A DNA stretch of 55,674 nucleotides from a virus (lineage: Duplodnaviria > Caudoviricetes), in the IMG/VR virus record IMGVR_UViG_3300032282_003382, positions 1-55,674 of that record; one strand, written 5' to 3'. Below, in pieces: positions 10,360-19,817 of this stretch. Under the pieces are notes generated by a model, which saw only the letters and a list, made by a program, of their open reading frames with translations, searched no databases and was not told where the DNA came from. A program made the position numbers and the translations under genes. The number at the start of each line of letters is the position of its first letter. The stretch's first letter is position 1.

Positions 10360-11316
10360 ATGGACAAGACATACAAAATCAAATGGGTAGTAGCACACGA
10401 TCCACTTTATCTGTTTCTCAGAGCTGCTGAGGATTTCAAAGCTGAAGTAAATGCTCGCTGCAATAACTACAAAATTGATGTAGAGATCATGACCCCTACA
10501 CAATATGCAGAGCGTTATAATGATGGTAAGTATGTCCCACGTCAGGAACTATTCAACCTTATGCACTCTGGTGCAGTACAAATGAGTCAGATGGTTACAA
10601 CTACTCTAGCTGCAAAATTTAACAAACAGATGCATGTTTTAGATATGCCATTCTTGTTTAAAGATCATGATCACGCAACTGAAGTATTAGAAGGCAAAGT
10701 AGGAGAGTATCTACTAAACAGTTTTACTCCTGAAAGCAAAGTTAAAGGTTTAGCATTTACATACTCAGGTGGTTTTAGATGTGTTCCAACTAACCAGGAT
10801 GTAAGTAGCCTAGCTGACTTAGTAAATCAACCTATTCGTACTGGTATGAATCCCATGGCTGTAGAAACATTTAAAGCTATTGGTGCTACTCCAGTTCAAA
10901 TGGAACTAGAAGAAATTAATCAGGGTGTATCAGAAGGTCTTATTGTTGGCGGTGAGAGTGCATTTCCTAGAATATACCCATGCAACCAGAATGAGTTTAG
11001 TAAAACAGTTTTAGACACTGGCCATAGTTTATTCTTAACCAGCATTATTGTAAGCACTGATTGGTGGAATACATTACCTGCAGAGCTTAGAGAAATTATT
11101 GCTGATAGTGCAGTAGCAGCAGGCCGAGCAGAACGCCGTAAGAGTATTGAAGATGGTGAAGACACTAAAGTTAAATTAGCCGCAGAAGGTGTTAAGGTAA
11201 TTACATTATCTGATGCTGATAAAGCTGAGTTTAAGGCCAAGACAGAAACAGTATATGCAAAGTTTGCTGACTTCTTTAATCCTGGTCTTGTTGAAGACAT
11301 CAGAAGAGTACATTAA
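10360..11316 (+). CDS. dctP: TRAP transporter substrate-binding protein (DctP family) without signal peptide
   Basis: LDMPFLFKDHDHA, GGFR, FKAIGATPVQM..EINQGVSEGLIVGGE, WWNTLPAELREII, EGVKVITLS. Confidence 0.88.
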   Translation: MDKTYKIKWVVAHDPLYLFLRAAEDFKAEVNARCNNYKIDVEIMTPTQYAERYNDGKYVPRQELFNLMHSGAVQMSQMVTTTLAAKFNKQMHVLDMPFLFKDHDHATEVLEGKVGEYLLNSFTPESKVKGLAFTYSGGFRCVPTNQDVSSLADLVNQPIRTGMNPMAVETFKAIGATPVQMELEEINQGVSEGLIVGGESAFPRIYPCNQNEFSKTVLDTGHSLFLTSIIVSTDWWNTLPAELREIIADSAVAAGRAERRKSIEDGEDTKVKLAAEGVKVITLSDADKAEFKAKTETVYAKFADFFNPGLVEDIRRVH

Positions 11317-11344
11317 TCTGAAGGTGTTGTGAAAATTAATAAAC

Positions 11345-11371
11345 CATAAAACCCCATGTTGGGGTTTTATG
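11345..11371 (+). terminator. Stem-loop, probable intrinsic terminator
   Basis: CATAAAACCCCA-tgt-TGGGGTTTTATG 12-bp inverted repeat after dctP. Confidence 0.7.
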
Positions 11372-11410
11372 TAGTGAAATATTCTATAATTATTTGAAGA
11401 GTACATATAC

Positions 11411-12631
11411 TTGAAGCTGGTTTACAAATCGCAAATCATAAATCCTAAATTAGGATTTTATGAGGTAGGCAAAGATATTTTTTATAATAAAGTAGAAGCC
11501 CTAGAGGCAGCTACTAGGTTAAAACTACCATTTGAATCTATACATTGGAATTTTAATGATAATGTATATAAGAAGGTTGATTGGATTACTGAACCAGAAA
11601 TCTCATTAAGATCTCTATATGAAACCAGAGCTAGACAACTTAGAGAAAAATATGATTATATCATAATGAATTGTAGTGGTGGATCTGATTCAAATACTGC
11701 TCTGTTCAGTTTTATAAATCAAGGATTGCATGTTGATGAAATTGTAGTTAGGTATGCTAAAGCAGCCACTCAGGGTAAAAAACCAGATTTTTTTAACTTG
11801 GCACCAGAGAATGAACACAGTGAATATTTTTTTGCTGTAAAACCCATGATTAGATGGTTACAAAAAGTAAGCCCTAAAACAAAAATAACCATACACGATC
11901 ATAGTTTTGATGCATTTAATGATAAAAATTATTTTGACGAAAACTTTATTTACTGGTGTGGAGATTTCCAAAGTCCTGGTTTCATAACTAGATTCCATCA
12001 CAATACTATCATAGAAAATTTAAGAGAATTTGACAAAGATAAAAAAATTGCTATTGTGTTTGGTATAGATAAACCTAAGATTTATCTTAAAGGTGATAAA
12101 CTGCACACTTTTTTCCTAGACGCACCCATGCAACCTGGACTGGTTCCAACATTTACAGATAATACCAACATAACTTCAGAACTGTTTTACTGGACACCAG
12201 ACTTGCCAGAAATAGTCGTTAAACAATGTCACGAACTTAAAAAATGGTTTTTAATACCGCAGAACAGACCTTATATTAGAATTTTAGATTATAACAAAGT
12301 TAAAGATCCACATTATAGGACTTTTTATGAAACAGTACTCAAGGGTGTAATTTATCCTGATTACGATTTGGGCACATTTCAGTGTAATAAACCTGGTAAA
12401 AGCACATTACAAGAATGGGATTTTTGGATTAAAGATTTTAAACACACCAATGGTTATAATATCTGGGTAGATGGACTAAAGCACATTATTCAAAATGTTA
12501 ACCCTTTATATTTTGATAAGACCCCTGAGCTTGAAACTTTTAACTGGAATATAAAAAGAATTCAAAGTAATAATTATTTCATAGGCTCATTTCCACTTCC
12601 ACCTAGTAAACTAATAGAACTAAACTACTGA
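11411..12631 (+). CDS. PP-loop (adenine-nucleotide alpha hydrolase) ATPase-like protein
   Basis: CSGGSDS PP-loop, GIDKP, ELFYWTPD; TTG start. Confidence 0.7.
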   Translation: MKLVYKSQIINPKLGFYEVGKDIFYNKVEALEAATRLKLPFESIHWNFNDNVYKKVDWITEPEISLRSLYETRARQLREKYDYIIMNCSGGSDSNTALFSFINQGLHVDEIVVRYAKAATQGKKPDFFNLAPENEHSEYFFAVKPMIRWLQKVSPKTKITIHDHSFDAFNDKNYFDENFIYWCGDFQSPGFITRFHHNTIIENLREFDKDKKIAIVFGIDKPKIYLKGDKLHTFFLDAPMQPGLVPTFTDNTNITSELFYWTPDLPEIVVKQCHELKKWFLIPQNRPYIRILDYNKVKDPHYRTFYETVLKGVIYPDYDLGTFQCNKPGKSTLQEWDFWIKDFKHTNGYNIWVDGLKHIIQNVNPLYFDKTPELETFNWNIKRIQSNNYFIGSFPLPPSKLIELNY

Positions 12632-12652
12632 TTCCATTGAAGTTTTTTCTGA

Positions 12653-12681
12653 TTGACATCAGATTAGATTTCACATATAAT
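12653..12681 (+). promoter_or_regulatory. Consensus sigma70 (early) promoter
   Basis: TTGACA-17 nt-TATAAT. Confidence 0.9.
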
Positions 12682-12710
12682 ATGGGTATCTTATAAGCCT
12701 GGAGCCAGAT

Positions 12711-13406
12711 ATGGAAATTAGCATCGTAAATTTTATCGCTGCAAGTGTCTGTGCCTATGAGCATAACGACCATCAGGTCAAAGGATATGGTCAAGGAGAA
12801 GTAAACTCTGAAAAAGTTTTTAGCAATACTATGCTTTTACTGGCAGCTCTGGAAATTAAAGAGAATCATGGTTTGTATAAGGTAACTAAATTAACAATCA
12901 CACAGGAACATCTAGACAAGGCCAACCTGTACAAAGAAGTTCTCCAAAACGATCATATGTTGAAAATACTCAGCAGCAAAAACATATCCAATTGGGAAAA
13001 AGGTGTTTATGACCTGCTGTCCATAGAAGTATTTGATCAAAGAACTATACAAACCAAATCAAACATGATGGCATTTTTGCCCCAGATGGCTCAGACCATT
13101 CTGGATAAGCAGGCAAAACTGGATAAAATTAACCAGTTACCTAGTAAACATCAGGGTCAGGTTGGAGCAAAACTTGAACTAGATGTCACAATCATGCAAC
13201 ATTTTTATATGAACAAGTATAATACCAATCTAACCAAGGCTGTGGACCAATCTGGTAACTTGTATATCTGGTGGGGCCAGTTGGCATTTAAAGAAAATCA
13301 GAAACTTAAAATTACTGGCAAGGTTAAAAAACATGGTATTGAACACGAAACTGGAACTAAAAGCACTAACTTAAATTATGTAAAGGTAAAAGAATATGCA
13401 GAATAA
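12711..13406 (+). CDS. Hypothetical early protein, possible C-terminal OB fold
   Basis: GGAG SD; HQGQVGAKL...KITGKVKKH...TNLNYVK. Confidence 0.65.
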   Translation: MEISIVNFIAASVCAYEHNDHQVKGYGQGEVNSEKVFSNTMLLLAALEIKENHGLYKVTKLTITQEHLDKANLYKEVLQNDHMLKILSSKNISNWEKGVYDLLSIEVFDQRTIQTKSNMMAFLPQMAQTILDKQAKLDKINQLPSKHQGQVGAKLELDVTIMQHFYMNKYNTNLTKAVDQSGNLYIWWGQLAFKENQKLKITGKVKKHGIEHETGTKSTNLNYVKVKEYAE

Positions 13407-13980
13407 AATTATCCTAACGGATTGCGATGGAGTATTGTTAGATTGGGAGTTTGCATTTGATTGCTGGATGCAGAGTCATGGTTTCAACATGGTTGAAGGT
13501 GGTAAATTAGATTATAGAATTGGCAAGCGATACAACATACCCTACGATCAAGGTAAACAACTTATAAAAATATTCAATGCTAGTGCTAGTGTTGGATTTA
13601 TTCCTGCTCTGCGTGATGCCATTTACTATGTAAAGCGACTACATGAAGAACATGGTTATGTATTTCACTGCATAACTAGCCTGAGCTTAGATGCAAGCGC
13701 ACAGAAACTTAGGAAGATGAACCTAGACAAACTGTTTGGTAAGACAGTTTTTGAGGAACTAGTATGTCTGGATACTGGTGCTGATAAGGACCAGGCTCTG
13801 GAACCATATCGTGGAACAGGCCTTTATTGGATTGAAGACAAGCCAAAAAATGCAGACCTGGGCCACGACTTAGGTTTGCGGAGTATACTCATTGAACACG
13901 GCCATAACATGGCACATGACTGTGAGTATCCTGTTGTAAAAAACTGGAAAGAGATCTACAACATTATTGTTGAGGATTAA
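13396..13980 (+). CDS. HAD-superfamily phosphatase (5'-nucleotidase-like)
   Basis: LTDCDGVLLDW motif I, ITS motif II, WIEDK motif IV. Confidence 0.85.
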   Translation: MQNKIILTDCDGVLLDWEFAFDCWMQSHGFNMVEGGKLDYRIGKRYNIPYDQGKQLIKIFNASASVGFIPALRDAIYYVKRLHEEHGYVFHCITSLSLDASAQKLRKMNLDKLFGKTVFEELVCLDTGADKDQALEPYRGTGLYWIEDKPKNADLGHDLGLRSILIEHGHNMAHDCEYPVVKNWKEIYNIIVED

Positions 13981-14711
13981 AGTTCTTTGAATATATGTAG
14001 CACCTCCTTTACGGCTGGATGGCGTTGTATATCCTTGTTGGCAAACTGCATACCTGCGATATACTCTGTCTGTCCATGGCTTTGAAGAAGCTCAAGCAAA
14101 TTTAGCAATCCATTTTCAGCATTGCGTTTATCTGTTTGTTTAGTATCTCCTGTAACAACAATCTTGGACCCATCGCCTAAGCGTGTCAGTAACATTTTTA
14201 TCTGATTTGGCGTTGCGTTTTGCATTTCGTCTGCAATTATCCACGCATTTTTAAAATTTCTTCCACGCATATATGCTAGGGGACATATTTCAATAATTTG
14301 CTCTTCTAGCATACGAACGACTTCTTTGGGACTGTAGTACTCAGTGATAACATCCATGAGTGGTTTAGTCCAGGGTTCCATCTTGCTGTTTAAATCACCG
14401 GGTAAAAACCCGTGCTGCTCATCTTCTACGCCAACTGCTGGGCGTGTCAGAATGATCTTTTCTACGGTACCTTCTTTGTAGGCCTTGATACCTGCTAGAA
14501 CTGCTAACATGGTTTTGCCTGTTCCTGCTGGGCCTACACTATAAACTATGGGATATTTTTCTGATAAAAGTAAATGTACATACTTTTCTTGATTTAAACT
14601 TCTGGGGACGATGCTTACTGTTCTGCGTTGTTTTACATATTCATTAAATTTTGCTGGTGCTGCATTGTTATCTACTAGGGCTAAGTTACTGCGTCTGCTT
14701 CGTTTGCTCAA
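13977..14711 (-). CDS. phoH: PhoH family ATPase
   Basis: GPAGTGKT, LTRPAV, GFLPGD, AYMRGR, DEMQN, TGD..Q.D, RHP; GGAGG SD and TTG start. Confidence 0.95.
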   Translation of the reverse strand: MSKRSRRSNLALVDNNAAPAKFNEYVKQRRTVSIVPRSLNQEKYVHLLLSEKYPIVYSVGPAGTGKTMLAVLAGIKAYKEGTVEKIILTRPAVGVEDEQHGFLPGDLNSKMEPWTKPLMDVITEYYSPKEVVRMLEEQIIEICPLAYMRGRNFKNAWIIADEMQNATPNQIKMLLTRLGDGSKIVVTGDTKQTDKRNAENGLLNLLELLQSHGQTEYIAGMQFANKDIQRHPAVKEVLHIFKEL

Positions 14712-14741
14712 GTAAGCCTCCTAAGGTTAAATGTTACGAAG

Positions 14742-14859
14742 TATTTAGGTCAGTTAGTCAATCATAATACGGCCTTAGAAAAACGGTTTGTACTTTATAA
14801 ATACTGGGCTGTAACTGAGCTTTTTCCAAAACTATGTACCAAACCCAAAAGCATAAATA
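14742..14859. promoter_or_regulatory. Divergent late-promoter-like region
   Basis: CTAAATA on - strand (14742-14748) before phoH; TATAAATA (14796) and CATAAATA (14852) on + strand. Confidence 0.5.
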
Positions 14860-14864
14860 AACTT

Positions 14865-15416
14865 ATGCATACCATTAAAGACCTTTTATCCAATACAAAG
14901 AAAATCTACGGTTCTCGTAACTTCCTAGAGCAACTCATGGACTTTGAGCGTGTATTAGACAGCCTGAATCTTTATGTTTTTAAGAACTGGATTCGTGGCG
15001 AATTAGTAGAAGGCCCAGTTGTTAGCAAATACTGGGTGAGCTGCAAGTTTATGTACCCAAAGAAACTGATGCCTGATCCCCGAGGCGGAGAAAAACTACT
15101 AAGTTATGGTTGTCTGATTAACTATACCAAAGACAAGTTAGAAACACCCATTGAAATTGAAACACCTTCAGACTTCCAGCCTGGAACCAAATATCCAAAA
15201 ATGGTTAAGCGTAGTGTCTGGATCGTAGAAATTATTATGCCTAAGAAGCTCATGTCAGACATTGAACGCGGCAGCGTTGATCTCGAAGATGAAATTATTG
15301 ACATGGAAGATTTACAAAAGGCTGATGAGCAGGACTTAGAAGCTGAAAGTATGCAGACACAGGATCAACAAAACATGGAAGATTCAGGAGCACCAGGAGC
15401 AGCACCTAATGTCTAA
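14865..15416 (+). CDS. Hypothetical phage protein
   Basis: 183 aa; DFERVLD...NW..GELVEGP...MPDPRGG; acidic tail. Confidence 0.75.
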   Translation: MHTIKDLLSNTKKIYGSRNFLEQLMDFERVLDSLNLYVFKNWIRGELVEGPVVSKYWVSCKFMYPKKLMPDPRGGEKLLSYGCLINYTKDKLETPIEIETPSDFQPGTKYPKMVKRSVWIVEIIMPKKLMSDIERGSVDLEDEIIDMEDLQKADEQDLEAESMQTQDQQNMEDSGAPGAAPNV

Positions 15417-15957
15417 AGTAATTACTGAAGGCCTAAGAATAGGCGATCTTAAAGGCATGGTAGATTCACATTGTACCATAGACGAATACACAAGTAAGAT
15501 GGGCGATGATCATGACATCATTGTAATAAGTTTTAAAGTACAAGACCAAGCACCAGCTCTGGATCTAGTTGACTTTATTGAAAAAGGTTATGATTTTGTT
15601 CTGGATGGTGATGCAACATCAACTGAACTTGATGATGGTAAGTATATGGTATTTGTTGAGGTAGAACGTACACCAAAATTTGTAAACCAGTTATTAAATA
15701 TGCTAGCTGAAATGGAAAACCTAACTGAAAACAAAGGTTCAGAGTTTACATTCAGTTATGGTAAAAAAGCACAAAAACACCCCTGTGATTATCAGAACCT
15801 TAGTAGGCTGGTGCCACTAACTACTGAACAGTACAAGCGCCGTTATGGTAAAACTGAAATCGATGAAATGAAAACTGCTGCAAATATCCCTGTGGATACC
15901 AAAGCACCTGTTAACGATTACACAGAAAGTTTAAGAGTAGCCGCAGGAATAAAATAA
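15409..15957 (+). CDS. Hypothetical phage protein
   Basis: AGGAG SD; IDEYTSKMG, FIEKGYDFVLD, VFVEVER. Confidence 0.75.
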   Translation: MSKVITEGLRIGDLKGMVDSHCTIDEYTSKMGDDHDIIVISFKVQDQAPALDLVDFIEKGYDFVLDGDATSTELDDGKYMVFVEVERTPKFVNQLLNMLAEMENLTENKGSEFTFSYGKKAQKHPCDYQNLSRLVPLTTEQYKRRYGKTEIDEMKTAANIPVDTKAPVNDYTESLRVAAGIK

Positions 15958-16436
15958 TGTTCAGAGTCATACAACTAATAGTAGTATTAGTTATTTTTGC
16001 TGTGTTAGCAGCAGGTATGTATTATGTATCAGGACTCAGAGCTGACCTAGCAGTAAGTCAGGAAAACTCCAAGAAATTAGAAGAGGGTATCAAAGCCCAA
16101 CAAGAAGCCATGGAAGCACTCAAAGCTGATCAGGCTAAGATCAAAGACATCAACAACGATCTAAACACCAAGATCCAGTTACAAAACAAAGACATGGACA
16201 ACCTTAAAGATAGGTTCAGTACCAATGCCAAGGGTGAGAAACGAGACTTTGGTGGTACTGCTGTAAAGAATCCTGGTGGTATGGAACGAGCTGTTAACCG
16301 TGGTACGGAAAATGCTAGCCGTTGTTTAGAGATAGCATCAGGATCTCCATTAACAGAGCGTGAAAAGGCTGCTACTAAAAAGTCTGAAATTAATACCGAG
16401 TGCCCAGCACTTGCTAACCCTAACTACAAACCATGA
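15957..16436 (+). CDS. Inner-membrane spanin (Rz-like)
   Basis: N-terminal TM helix, long coiled coil, C-terminal Cys pair; overlaps a lipoprotein gene. Confidence 0.7.
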   Translation: MFRVIQLIVVLVIFAVLAAGMYYVSGLRADLAVSQENSKKLEEGIKAQQEAMEALKADQAKIKDINNDLNTKIQLQNKDMDNLKDRFSTNAKGEKRDFGGTAVKNPGGMERAVNRGTENASRCLEIASGSPLTEREKAATKKSEINTECPALANPNYKP

Positions 16437-16804
16437 GATATATTCTACTACCTTTATTATTGTTATTGACTGGTTGTGCTAGTTTTGATTTGTTTAAGTC
16501 AGAGCCAGCAGTACAACCCATAACAATACAGACTAAGCCCACAGAGCGTACTAAACTTGACTTGGCTGATCCAGCACCCTTGCAGATTAAAGCACCTAAA
16601 TGGATTTTAGTAACACCTGATAATGTTGATACGGTCTGGAAAAGACTAGCAGAACAAAAAGCAGACATGGTATTGTTTAGTTTAACTGACGATAACTATG
16701 AAGCATTATCCATGGACATGGCAGAAATTCGTAACTTTATTAGTACCCAGAGAATGATTATACAGAAGTACAAAGAATACTATGAGCCTAAGGAGGCAAA
16801 ATAA
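16433..16804 (+). CDS. Outer-membrane spanin lipoprotein (Rz1-like)
   Basis: Lipobox LLLTGC, Pro-rich segment. Confidence 0.75.
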   Translation: MRYILLPLLLLLTGCASFDLFKSEPAVQPITIQTKPTERTKLDLADPAPLQIKAPKWILVTPDNVDTVWKRLAEQKADMVLFSLTDDNYEALSMDMAEIRNFISTQRMIIQKYKEYYEPKEAK

Positions 16805-16998
16805 TGGATAACAAAGCATACGAGAAGCATAAAGCAGAACAACCTGTACAAAACCATACAGTAAAAGAAGTAGCTACTATTGATCCCTTTGATGGTGAAC
16901 ATACCAACACAGAGATCGGCATGGTTGTGGTCATAGGTGTATTATTGGTATATGCATTATGGCAAATTGTAAGACCTAAAAAGAAAAAGGATGATTAA
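16804..16998 (+). CDS. Small single-TM membrane protein
   Basis: AGGAGG SD; [16 protein letters not shown] followed by basic tail. Confidence 0.6.
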   Translation: MDNKAYEKHKAEQPVQNHTVKEVATIDPFDGEHTNTEIGMVVVIGVLLVYALWQIVRPKKKKDD

Positions 16999-18580
16999 AA
17001 ATATGTCAAGTTTCCCAGTAACTGGATTAAGTGTTGATTTAGACTTAAGCAAATTTGCAACCAAAGAAGAACTGCAAACAATTAGTTTAACACCTGGCCC
17101 AAAGGGCGACAATGGTGTAGATGGCAAACAAGGTGTACAAGGCGAACACGGTGAACGTGGCGATGTTGGGCCACAAGGCCCAGTAGGTGAACGTGGTGAG
17201 AAGGGTGATGTTGGTCCCCAAGGTCCACAAGGTGAACAAGGGCCCCCTGGCCAAGTAATTACTATTGATCACGAAGGCAAACAAGGCGTTGAAGGTCCAG
17301 TTGGACCACGTGGTGAGAAGGGCGATAAAGGAGACACCGGCGAAGTTGGTCCACAAGGACTACAAGGCGTTGAAGGTCCACAAGGTCCACGTGGACCACA
17401 AGGTGAACAAGGTGCTAATGGTGTTGCTGGTGCAAAAGGTGACAAGGGAGATAAAGGCGATGCAGGTGCTCCAGGAGCGAAAGGTGATACTGGCGCACAA
17501 GGTCCTAAGGGCGATGCAGGTGCTCCAGGTGCAGGTACACAGGCTCAACTTGATGATTTGCTACGCCAGATTAACGAACTTAACGCTAAAGTAACCAGTT
17601 GCTGTGATAACAAAGATACAAAGATCACAGTCATTGAAAAGAGCGAAACAGGTGCTCAAATTATTCTAAACTTAGATAGTCGTAACATCAACAGTTTACC
17701 ACGCAATTCAGCGCCAGGTAAATGGTATGACTTGACCAGCAATCATAATGATGCTACTGTATTTGGTACAGTGGCCTATGGCAGTTTAGGTGGACAATAT
17801 TGTGCTGTATTCCCAGGCGGCGCGGCCAACTACGTTCAAGTACTATCTAGAGAATATTTCAAAGGTGGTGCTTTTACAGTTCAGAGTTGGGTGTATGTTA
17901 CAAAAGTAGACAACTGGAATCGTATTATTGACTTTGGTAATGGCGTTGGTGTTCAGTGTATTGTATTGTCCAACAGTTACGGAACAAGCGGCAATCCTGG
18001 ATTGTACATGGAAAGTCAAGCGTTACAAATGAAGGCAAAAGTTGCGGCACCATTGAATCAATGGAATCATATCTGTACTACATTTGTGCCTAACACTAAT
18101 CCTGATAACAAACCAGTTGTTAATAATACAGCTACTGATACTACTAAAGGTGTTGCTAAAATCTTTATCAATGGTGTGTTACAAGGTGCAACTTACATGC
18201 CTAAGCCAACCAATATAGTGCGTAAAAATTGCTATATTGGTAAATCAAATTGGCCACCGACACAAGATCCAAACATGACTGGCGGTATTGGTGCTGTTCA
18301 GATTTATGACGGTGCATTAACTGATGCTGAAATCTTGGCAAACTATAACACAACTAAGAGTTATTATGCAACGGCTCCAGTTCAGCCTCCAATGCCAATA
18401 GCACCGGCAGCTACTCCAGCAACCACTACAACTACCAGTGCAGGGTATCCAGGTGCTGTATCAATGGGTGCTCCTACTCCGATGCCAATGTCTAGCTCAA
18501 GCAGTGTGTCAGCACCATCGGCCCCAGCTCCAGCACAACTTGACTCAAGTGTAGCTGCGGCAGGTTATATTAATTTATAA
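16991..18580 (+). CDS. Collagen-like repeat protein with LamG/concanavalin-A-like domain
   Basis: G-X-Y repeats, then [46 protein letters not shown]; P/A/T/S-rich tail. Confidence 0.85.
   Translation: MIKNMSSFPVTGLSVDLDLSKFATKEELQTISLTPGPKGDNGVDGKQGVQGEHGERGDVGPQGPVGERGEKGDVGPQGPQGEQGPPGQVITIDHEGKQGVEGPVGPRGEKGDKGDTGEVGPQGLQGVEGPQGPRGPQGEQGANGVAGAKGDKGDKGDAGAPGAKGDTGAQGPKGDAGAPGAGTQAQLDDLLRQINELNAKVTSCCDNKDTKITVIEKSETGAQIILNLDSRNINSLPRNSAPGKWYDLTSNHNDATVFGTVAYGSLGGQYCAVFPGGAANYVQVLSREYFKGGAFTVQSWVYVTKVDNWNRIIDFGNGVGVQCIVLSNSYGTSGNPGLYMESQALQMKAKVAAPLNQWNHICTTFVPNTNPDNKPVVNNTATDTTKGVAKIFINGVLQGATYMPKPTNIVRKNCYIGKSNWPPTQDPNMTGGIGAVQIYDGALTDAEILANYNTTKSYYATAPVQPPMPIAPAATPATTTTTSAGYPGAVSMGAPTPMPMSSSSSVSAPSAPAPAQLDSSVAAAGYINL
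17095..17535 (+). repeat. Collagen (Gly-X-Y)n coding repeat
   Basis: Repeated ggtccacaaggt / ggtgacaagggagat-type units, interrupted once by QVITIDHE. Confidence 0.9.
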
Positions 18581-18592
18581 AAGGAAAACAAT

Positions 18593-18805
18593 ATGAACGC
18601 ATTAAGAAGTATGTTAAGTGACGATACTGGTGCAGTTAGTAGCAAACGCACAATCACATTCCTGTCATTTTTATTATGTGCAGCTGGATTTATCAGCAAT
18701 ACATGGTTTGAAATTAAAATTGATGCAGGGCTATTTAATAGTCTTATGTACATTGTTATCGGTGGACTAGGATTTACAGCAAGCGAAAAGTTTGCTGCCA
18801 AATAA
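18593..18805 (+). CDS. Small 2-TM membrane protein, holin-like
   Basis: AAGGA SD; SSKR then two hydrophobic helices, GLGFTASEKF. Confidence 0.6.
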   Translation: MNALRSMLSDDTGAVSSKRTITFLSFLLCAAGFISNTWFEIKIDAGLFNSLMYIVIGGLGFTASEKFAAK

Positions 18806-18817
18806 GGAAAAAATAAT

Positions 18818-19414
18818 ATGGCATTAATTGATTCAGTATTAAACATGATAAGCAAGACCCCAAAGGATCCAGATGCACCTAAGCCTCCAGTAGGTAGTCG
18901 TAGTGAGCGTGAAGCAAAGATCAAAGATAAAGCAGGTATGGTTATTAACATATTTGCTTTATTACTAGCCGTTAACACTTACTTTGGTAATAGTTACAGC
19001 AGTCTAATCCTTAATAACACTATCAAGGCCAACGATACCTGGGCATTTTATCAGGCCAAGAGCATGAAGCAAACCATGGCAGAATATGCTCGTGATGATG
19101 CTATCAGAGCTGGAGATAAGAAACGAGCTGCAGAACTTAGCGCCAAGATTGACCGTTATGAAAACGAACCTGGTGATGGTAAGAAGGATTTGATGGTCAA
19201 AGCTAAGAAGTTAGAAGTAGAACGCGATGCTGCTAAAGTTAAATCACCCTGGACTAGTTATGCCAGTACAGCATTCCAGTTAAGCATCGTATTATTGTCA
19301 GCCAGTATCTTGGCAGTTAGCATGAGCTTGTTCTGGGGCAGTTTTGTAGTAGCAGGACTTGGAACATTGTTAATGAGTCAGGGCGTCTGGCTCTGGTTAC
19401 CAATAGTTTTATAA
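18818..19414 (+). CDS. DUF4337-like membrane protein
   Basis: TM, ANDTWAFYQAKSMKQ, coiled coil, FQLSIVLLSASIL and a further TM. Confidence 0.75.
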   Translation: MALIDSVLNMISKTPKDPDAPKPPVGSRSEREAKIKDKAGMVINIFALLLAVNTYFGNSYSSLILNNTIKANDTWAFYQAKSMKQTMAEYARDDAIRAGDKKRAAELSAKIDRYENEPGDGKKDLMVKAKKLEVERDAAKVKSPWTSYASTAFQLSIVLLSASILAVSMSLFWGSFVVAGLGTLLMSQGVWLWLPIVL

Positions 19415-19438
19415 TAAATATACAAAAGGAGCAACAAC

Positions 19439-19753
19439 ATGGAGTCAGAACAGAAAAAAGATCCTAACTGGATGCAAAATCTATGGCGTCCTGCCATGGG
19501 ATGGATGTATATGGTTATATGTATGTTAGACATGGCAATATTTCCAGTTTTATGGAGTGCATTACAAGCATATATGAAAATGCCAATTACACAATGGAAT
19601 CCATTAACCCTACAAGGTGCAGGATTATTCCATATTGCTATGGGCGCAGTTCTAGGTATTGCAGCATTTGGTCGTACACAAGAAAAGATTGCAGGTGCTA
19701 ACAATGGTGGCGCAGCGCCTGCTCCAAAACCAGCACCAGAACCAGAACGTTAA
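19439..19753 (+). CDS. Holin-like protein (GTA 3TM holin family-like)
   Basis: WRPAMGWMY...GAVLGIAAFGRTQEK. Confidence 0.7.
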   Translation: MESEQKKDPNWMQNLWRPAMGWMYMVICMLDMAIFPVLWSALQAYMKMPITQWNPLTLQGAGLFHIAMGAVLGIAAFGRTQEKIAGANNGGAAPAPKPAPEPER

Positions 19754-19770
19754 AATTTATTAGCAATCTG

Positions 19771-19802
19771 ATGCCGGCAAGTTTGACTCTGCCGGCATTT
19801 TC
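19771..19802 (+). terminator. Intrinsic terminator hairpin
   Basis: ATGCCGGCA-10 nt-TGCCGGCAT followed by TTT. Confidence 0.65.
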
Positions 19803-19811
19803 ATCTATAAT
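19783..19811 (+). promoter_or_regulatory. Sigma70-type promoter for dnaJ
   Basis: TTGACT-17 nt-TATAAT. Confidence 0.8.
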
Positions 19812-19817
19812 TGAGCC

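Noticed and set aside
17265-17594. Alternative-frame K/V-rich ORF
   Set aside because: Shadow frame of the collagen G-X-Y repeat
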